From NCBI GenBank assembly GCA_964016885.1, contig OZ024748.1:47988001-48052000 (forward strand): a stretch of 64,000 nucleotides of DNA, in the 5' to 3' direction. Below the pieces are notes generated by a model. It ran no database searches. It was not told the origin of the DNA and saw only the letters and a program-made list of their open reading frames with translations. The position numbers were made by a program, and so were the translations under genes. The first letter of the stretch is position 1. Every line of letters begins with the position of its first letter. Positions 54,263-64,000 of the stretch are shown here, one piece after another. Source of the stretch: Eledone cirrhosa. Its lineage: Eukaryota.

Positions 54263-57200
54263 TTATATATTATTATGTAATACAGTTAAACATATAGCAG
54301 ACAAATACAAAAGCTGTCATATAGTATTATGTAATACAGTTAAATATATATACTAGATACATACAATATTGTTATATAGTATTATGTAATACAGTTAAAT
54401 ATATATACTAGATACATACAATATTGTTATATAGTATTATGTAATACAGTTAAATATATATACTAGATACATACAATATTGTTATATAGTATTATGTAAT
54501 ACAGTTAAATATATATACTAGATACATACAATATTGTTATATAGTATTATGTAATACAGTTAAATATATATACTAGATACATACAATATTGTTATATAGT
54601 ATTATGTAATACAGTTAAATATATATACTAGATACATACGATATTGTTATATAGTATTATGTAATACAGTTAAATATATATACTAGATACATACAATATT
54701 GTTATATAGTATTATGTAATACAGTTAAATATATATACTAGATACATACAATAGTGTTATATAGTATTATGTAATGCAGTTAAATATATATACTAGATAC
54801 ATACAATAGTGTTATATAGTATTATGTAATACAGTTAAATATATATACTAGATACATACAATAGTGTTATATAGTATTATGTAATACAGTTAAATATATA
54901 TACTAGATACATACAATATTGTTATATATTATTATGTAATACAGTTAAATATATATATTACATACATACAATATTGTTATATATTATTATGTAATACAGT
55001 TAAATATATATATTACATACATACAATATTGTTATATATTATTATGTAATACAGTTAAATATATATATTACATACATACAATATTGTTATATATTATTAT
55101 GTAATACAGTTAAATATATATACTAGATACATACAACATTGTTATATATTATTATGTAATACAGTTAAATATATATACTAGATACATACAATATTGTTAT
55201 ATAGTATTATGTAATACAGTTAAATATATATACTAGATACATACAATATTGTTATATAGTATTATGTAATACAGTTAAATATATATACTAGATACATACA
55301 ATATTGTTATATATTATTATGTAATACAGTTAAATATATATACTAGATACATACAATATTGTTATATAGTATTATGTAATACAGTTAAATATATATACTA
55401 GATACATACAATATTGTTATATAGTATTATGTAATACAGTTAAATATATATACTAGATACATACAATATTGTTATATAGTATTATGTAATACAGTTAACT
55501 AGATACATACGATATTGTTATATAGTATTATGTAATACAGTTAAATATATATACTAGATACATACAACATTGTTATATAGTATTATGTAATACAGTTAAA
55601 TATATAAACTAGATATATACAACATTGTTATATATTATTATGTAATACAGTTAAATATATAAACTAGATACATACAATATTGTTATATAGTATTATGTAA
55701 TACAGTTAAATATATAAACTAGATATATACAATATTGTTATATAGTATTATGTAATACAGTTAAATATATAAACTAGATATATACAATATTGTTATATAG
55801 TATTATGTAATACAGTTAAATATATAAACTAGATATATACAATATTGTTATATAGTATTATGTAATACAGTTAAATATATACTAGATATATACAATATTG
55901 TTATATATTATTATGTAATACAGTTAAATATATAAACTAGATATATACAACATTGTTATATAGTATTATGTAATACAGTTAAATATATATACTAGATACA
56001 TACAATATTGTTATATAGTATTATGTAATACAGTTAAATATATAAACTAGATATATACAATATTGTTATATAGTATTATGTAATACAGTTAAATATATAT
56101 ACTAGATACATACAATATTGTTATATAGTATTATGTAATACAGTTAAATATATATACTAGATACATACAATATTGTTATATAGTATTATGTAATACAGTT
56201 AAATATATATATACTAGATATATACAATATTGTTATATATTATTATGTAATACAGTTAAATATATATACTAGATACATACAATATTGTTATATATTATTA
56301 TGTAATACAGTTAAATATATATATATTACATACATACAATATTGTTATATATTATTATGTAATACAGTTAAATATATATATTACATACATACAATATTGT
56401 TATATATTATTATGTAATACAGTTAAATATATATTAGATACATACAATATTGTTATATATTATTATGTAATACAGTTAAATATATATACTAGATACATAC
56501 AATATTGTTATATAGTATTATGTAATACAGTTAAATATATATACTAGATACATACAATATTGTTATATATTATTATGTAATACAGTTAAATATATATTAG
56601 ATACATACAATACTGTTATATATTATTATGTAATACAGTTAAATATATATATTACATACATACAATATTGTTATATATTATTATGTAATACAGTTAAATA
56701 TATATATTACATACATACAATATTGTTATATATTATTATGTAATACAGTTAAATATATATATATTACATACATACAATATTGTTATATATTATTATGTAA
56801 TACAGTTAAATATATATATTACATACATACAACATTGTTATATATTATTATGTAATACAGTTAAATATATATACTAGATACATACAATATTGTTATATAG
56901 TATTATGTAATACAGTTAAATATATATACTAGATACATACAATATTGTTATATAGTATTATGTAATACAGTTAAATATATATACTAGATACATACAATAT
57001 TGTTATATATTATTATGTAATACAGTTAAATATATATACTAGATACATACAATATTGTTATATAGTATTATGTAATACAGTTAAATATATATACTAGATA
57101 CATACAATATTGTTATATAGTATTATGTAATACAGTTAAATATATATACTAGATACATACAATATTGTTATATAGTATTATGTAATACAGTTAACTAGAT

Positions 57201-60200
57201 ACATACGATATTGTTATATAGTATTATGTAATACAGTTAAATATATATACTAGATACATACAACATTGTTATATAGTATTATGTAATACAGTTAAATATA
57301 TAAAATAGATATATACAACATTGTTATATATTATTATGTAATACAGTTAAATATATAAACTAGATACATACAATATTGTTATATAGTATTATGTAATACA
57401 GTTAAATATATAAACTAGATATATACAATATTGTTATATAGTATTATGTAATACAGTTAAATATATAAACTAGATATATACAATATTGTTATATAGTATT
57501 ATGTAATACAGTTAAATATATAAACTAGATATATACAATATTGTTATATAGTATTATGTAATACAGTTAAATATATACTAGATATATACAATATTGTTAT
57601 ATATTATTATGTAATACAGTTAAATATATAAACTAGATATATACAACATTGTTATATAGTATTATGTAATACAGTTAAATATATATACTAGATACATACA
57701 ATATTGTTATATAGTATTATGTAATACAGTTAAATATATAAACTAGATATATACAATATTGTTATATAGTATTATGTAATACAGTTAAATATATATACTA
57801 GATACATACAATATTGTTATATAGTATTATGTAATACAGTTAAATATATATACTAGATACATACAATATTGTTATATAGTATTATGTAATACAGTTAAAT
57901 ATATATATACTAGATATATACAATATTGTTATATATTATTATGTAATACAGTTAAATATATATACTAGATACATACAATATTGTTATATATTATTATGTA
58001 ATACAGTTAAATATATATATATTACATACATACAATATTGTTATATATTATTATGTAATACAGTTAAATATATATATTACATACATACAATATTGTTATA
58101 TATTATTATGTAATACAGTTAAATATATATTAGATACATACAATATTGTTATATATTATTATGTAATACAGTTAAATATATATACTAGATACATACAATA
58201 TTGTTATATAGTATTATGTAATACAGTTAAATATATATACTAGATACATACAATATTGTTATATATTATTATGTAATACAGTTAAATATATATTAGATAC
58301 ATACAATACTGTTATATATTATTATGTAATACAGTTAAATATATATATTACATACATACAATATTGTTATATATTATTATGTAATACAGTTAAATATATA
58401 TATTACATACATACAATATTGTTATATATTATTATGTAATACAGTTAAATATATATATATTACATACATACAATATTGTTATATATTATTATGTAATACA
58501 GTTAAATATATATATTACATACATACAACATTGTTATATATTATTATGTAATACAGTTAAATATATATACTAGATACATACAATATTGTTATATAGTATT
58601 ATGTAATACAGTTAAATATATATACTAGATACATACAATATTGTTATATAGTATTATGTAATACAGTTAAATATATATACTAGATACATACAATATTGTT
58701 ATATATTATTATGTAATACAGTTAAATATATATACTAGATACATACAATATTGTTATATAGTATTATGTAATACAGTTAAATATATATACTAGATACATA
58801 CAATATTGTTATATAGTATTATGTAATACAGTTAAATATATATACTAGATACATACAATATTGTTATATAGTATTATGTAATACAGTTAACTAGATACAT
58901 ACGATATTGTTATATAGTATTATGTAATACAGTTAAATATATATACTAGATACATACAACATTGTTATATAGTATTATGTAATACAGTTAAATATATAAA
59001 ATAGATATATACAACATTGTTATATATTATTATGTAATACAGTTAAATATATAAACTAGATACATACAATATTGTTATATAGTATTATGTAATACAGTTA
59101 AATATATAAACTAGATATATACAATATTGTTATATAGTATTATGTAATACAGTTAAATATATAAACTAGATATATACAATATTGTTATATAGTATTATGT
59201 AATACAGTTAAATATATAAACTAGATATATACAATATTGTTATATAGTATTATGTAATACAGTTAAATATATACTAGATATATACAATATTGTTATATAT
59301 TATTATGTAATACAGTTAAATATATAAACTAGATATATACAACATTGTTATATAGTATTATGTAATACAGTTAAATATATATACTAGATACATACAATAT
59401 TGTTATATAGTATTATGTAATACAGTTAAATATATAAACTAGATATATACAATATTGTTATATAGTATTATGTAATACAGTTAAATATATATACTAGATA
59501 CATACAATATTGTTATATAGTATTATGTAATACAGTTAAATATATATACTAGATACATACAATATTGTTATATAGTATTATGTAATACAGTTAAATATAT
59601 ATATACTAGATATATACAATATTGTTATATATTATTATGTAATACAGTTAAATATATATACTAGATACATACAATATTGTTATATATTATTATGTAATAC
59701 AGTTAAATATATATATATTACATACATACAATATTGTTATATATTATTATGTAATACAGTTAAATATATATATTACATACATACAATATTGTTATATATT
59801 ATTATGTAATACAGTTAAATATATATTAGATACATACAATATTGTTATATATTATTATGTAATACAGTTAAATATATATACTAGATACATACAATATTGT
59901 TATATAGTATTATGTAATACAGTTAAATATATATACTAGATACATACAATATTGTTATATATTATTATGTAATACAGTTAAATATATATTAGATACATAC
60001 AATACTGTTATATATTATTATGTAATACAGTTAAATATATATATTACATACATACAATATTGTTATATATTATTATGTAATACAGTTAAATATATATATT
60101 ACATACATACAATATTGTTATATATTATTATGTAATACAGTTAAATATATATATATTACATACATACAATATTGTTATATATTATTATGTAATACAGTTA

Positions 60201-60980
60201 AATATATATTAGATACATACAATATTGTTATATATTATTATGTAATACAGTTAAATATATATACTAGATACATACAGTATTGTTATATAGTATTATGTAA
60301 TACAGTTAAATATATATACTAGATACATACAATATTGTTATATATTATTATGTAATACAGTTAAATATATATATTACATACATACAATATTGTTCTGCCA
60401 AGGTTAACTTTGCCTTTCATCCTTACGGGGTCGATAAAATAAAGTACCAGTAATGTACTGGGTATTTTATGGCCTTGTGCCAAAAGTGGAAACAATTATG
60501 TAATACAGTCAAATATATATTAGATACATACAATATTGTTATATATTAATATGTAATACAGTTAAATATATATTAGATACATACAATATTGTTATATATT
60601 AATATGTAATACAGACCAATATATATTAGATATATACAATATTGTTATATATTAATATGTAATACATTCAAATATATATTAGATACATACAATATTGTTA
60701 TATATTAATATGTAATACAGACAAATATATATTAGATATATACAATATTGTTATATATTAATATGTAATACAGACAAATATATATTAGATACATACAATA
60801 TTGTTATATATTAATATGTAATACAGACAAATATATATTAGATACATACAATATTGTTATATATTAATATGTAATACAGACAAATATATATTAGATACAT
60901 ACAATATTGTTATATATTAATATGTAATACAGACAAATATATATTAAATATATACAATATTGCTATATATTATTATATAA
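54262..60980. repeat. ~55-bp AT-rich satellite (gttatatagtattatgtaatacagttaaatatatatactagatacatacaatatt), 6.7 kb, with 1696-bp higher-order repeat
   Basis: Period 55 (54371, 54426, ...); a rare deletion variant recurs at 55491, 57187 and 58883. Confidence 0.96.
60396..60499 (+). mobile_element. 5'-truncated SINE family A inserted in the 55-bp satellite
   Basis: gccaaggttaactttgcctttcatccttacggggtcgataaaataaagtaccag...gtgccaaaagtggaaacaatt. Confidence 0.85.
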
Positions 60981-61162
60981 TTGTTTCTACGTTAGGCACA
61001 AGGCCAGCAATTACCCAGTGCATTACTGGTACTTTATTTTATCGACCCCGTAAGGATGAAAGGCAAAGTTAACCTTGGCGGGATTTGAACTCAGAATGGC
61101 AAGGGCCGTAACTCTATATGTCAAAGCATGGCGTCCGACCCTCTACCAATACTGCCAATCCA
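60978..61162 (-). mobile_element. SINE family A
   Basis: Consensus match. Confidence 0.85.
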
Positions 61163-61331
61163 AATACAGCCAAATATGTATTAGATATATACAATATTGT
61201 TATATATTATGATATAATATAGTCAAATATATACCAAATAAAATATGTATTGTTATGTAAAACAATATTATTTATTAAGATGTTTTAATACTAATTTTCT
61301 ATTTTGTTTTATTTCTACTTGGTACAATTAG

Positions 61332-61345
61332 ATTTACTTGAAAAG
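61332..61345 (+). CDS. Myosin I 14-nt micro-exon: (Y)LLEK
   Basis: ttag|ATTTACTTGAAAAG|gtatgt; phase 1-0; exactly supplies the missing YLLEK between the flanking exons. Confidence 0.92.
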
Positions 61346-61401
61346 GTATGTACTTTGTTTTGTTAACTCTGTTTGTTTAGGTGTGTGTGTGTGAGAGAGA
61401 G

Positions 61402-61468
<67 letters not shown>

Positions 61469-62534
61469 GTACGCATGTGTGTGTGTGAGAGAGAGAGAGA
61501 GAAAGAGAGAGAGAGACACTGTGTAAGTGTGTGTGAGAGAGAAAGAGAAAGGGAGAGAAAATGTCTATGTATGTGTGTGTGTCTCTGTGTGAGAGAGAAA
61601 AAGAGAGTGCCTATCTACGTCGTTCTCTCTCTCTCTCTCGCTCTCTCTCACTCTCTCCCCCTATCTCTCTCTTTCTCTCCGTACATATGTGGTTTTTCAG
61701 TCTCACTTTTATTTCACATTTTATCTTTTAAATTCAATATGTTTATTTTTTAATGAAATTCTGTTAACTTTTTTCAAATGTTTAATTCCTGAAAGTATCA
61801 TAAAATTGAAATGTTTGTCTCCGTGTGTCTCAGTTAGTGTTATCATGTGTGTGTGTGTCAGTGTGTGTGTTAGTGTGTGTGTCAGTGTGTGTGTGTGTGT
61901 ATGTCAGTGTGTTTATGTGTGTTGGGGTTACTGTACATGTGTGTTTTTGAATTTTTTTAAATCCTTAAAGTATCATAAAATTGAAATTTTTGTCTCCGTG
62001 TGTTTCAGTGGGTGTTAGCATGTGTGTGTGTGTCAGTGTGTTAGTGTCTGTATGTGTGTTAGTGTGTGTGTGAGTGTGTGTTAGTGTGAGAGTTGTGAGT
62101 GTGTGTGTATGTGTGTGTGTGTTAGTGTGTGTGTAAGTGTGTGTTATTGTGTGTGTTAGTGTGTGTGTAAGTGTGTGTGTGTTAGTGTGTGTTAGTGTGT
62201 GAGTGTGAGTGTGTGTTAGTGTGTGAGTGTGTGTGTGTATGTGTGTGAGTGTGTGTTAGTGTGTGAGTGAGTGTGTGTATGTGTGTGTGTGTGTGTGTGT
62301 GTAGGTGAGTTACTGGGCATGTGTGTTTTTTTCCAATATTTAAAAAAATTCAAATTCTATTCTTTTTTTCCAATATTTAAATTCAGAAGTCTATTATATT
62401 ATATAATGGTGTCCTTCCCTCAAATATATTTCACTCAGACATATCTAAATTCCCAAATATTTTTTTAATGTAAATTTTTTATTCCTGCCATCATTTGAGA
62501 TTTTACATTCTCTCATGGAATCTAATGTTTGTGT

Positions 62535-62598
<64 letters not shown>

Positions 62599-63152
62599 TA
62601 TATATGTATATATATACACACACACACATATATATATATACACACATGCATATATATGTATATATATATATATACACATACATATATATACATACATATG
62701 TATATATATAAATATATACACACACACACACACATATATATAAATATATATATACACACACACACACATATATATAAATATATATATACACACACACATA
62801 TATATAAATATATATACACACACACACATATATATATAAATATATATATACACACACACACACATAAATATATATATATACACACACACATATAAATATA
62901 CATACACACACACACACACATAAATATATATATACACACACACACACATATAAATATATATATATACACACACACACACATATAAATATATATATACACA
63001 CACACATATAAATATATATATACACACATATATATATATATATACAGATGAATAGATATATACACAGATGAATAGATATATATATATGTAGAAGTGGTAC
63101 CACAACAGTTAGTTCACCATACCGAGAACAATTGATTCCTCAGCTCCTGCTA

Positions 63153-63212
<60 letters not shown>

Positions 63213-63303
63213 TATATATATACACACACATGCACACCCACATAGTCACCTCAATATACATACATACATATATATATATATAATATCTCTGTTATTACTC
63301 CAG

Positions 63304-63388
63304 TCACGAGTGGCAGCCCAAAGTCAAGGAGAAAGAAACTTTCATATTTTCTATCAGTTACTCAGTGCTGATGATACGACTTTTTTAA
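63304..63388 (+). CDS. Myosin I exon: SRVAAQSQGERNFHIFYQLLSADDTTFL
   Basis: ctccag acceptor, gtaagt donor; 85 nt, phase 0-1; conserved GERNFHIFYQLL motif. The gene continues beyond both window edges. Confidence 0.96.
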
Positions 63389-63413
63389 GTAAGTATTACT
63401 ACCCCTCTCTCTC

Positions 63414-63518
<105 letters not shown>

Positions 63519-63625
63519 GTATGTGTTGTATTTTCTTGAATTTGCCTAACTGTTTAATATTCGGTTGTAATGCCGAAACAATTGTAAAATAATTAATGAG
63601 CTATGAACTGTAGTATTTCATTCTC

Positions 63626-63659
<34 letters not shown>

Positions 63660-63662
<3 letters not shown>

Positions 63663-64000
63663 GGTGTTAAAGTTTGCTTGAAGCATTGTGAAATGTGTAA
63701 AATACGTAGTTTAGAAAGCCACAACAATGCAGATGGGAAATCTCGAGGTAGGAAGTGAATGATAGATAGGAGAAATAGGAGAAAGTGAAAATTGAGAGAG
63801 GCTTTAACGACATCACAACTTTCTCCGGCTTAGCCTGTTCCCCCCCTTTTGGGAACTTTCCCCCGTTGATGGGCGTGAGCCCGAAATATTGGGATTAAAT
63901 CTCCACTACGGTAACCCTTCTACCTTTGTTTTGTTTTCATCTTTGTCTCTCTCAATTTTCACTTTCTCCTATTTCTCCTATCTATCATTCACTTCCTACC
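63660..64000. mobile_element. Inverted pair of pLTR fragments of the 12816-14937 Penelope-like family (cut by the window end)
   Basis: 63803-64000 is nearly identical to 14695-14890; 63699-63800 is the reverse complement of about 14837-14937; 63660-63698 is an extra tail. Confidence 0.9.

Overview
AT-rich, microsatellite-saturated animal genomic DNA. The SINE/LINE content resembles that of coleoid cephalopods (octopus-like); this is an inference. One host gene crosses the window on the + strand: five motor-domain exons of a class I myosin (MYO1A/B-like), including a 14-nt YLLEK micro-exon and a ~39.8-kb intron. Almost all long ORFs in the supplied track are microsatellite artefacts. The introns hold a nearly intact 5'-truncated Penelope-like element (RT + GIY-YIG), fragments of RTE, CR1-like, R4/Dong-like and CRE-like LINEs, two abundant tRNA-derived SINE families, nested TTAA MITEs, and many minisatellites, three with higher-order structure. 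The most striking unexplained signal is a set of about ten short non-coding elements, mostly in (TA)n tracts. They share one architecture: a fold-back palindrome, often containing a type I hammerhead ribozyme, ending at a family-fixed boundary and followed by a single-copy tail. Many of the tails start with a covarying RCTC...GAGY hairpin. They are best read as non-autonomous Penelope-related, ribozyme-bearing hairpin retroelements.
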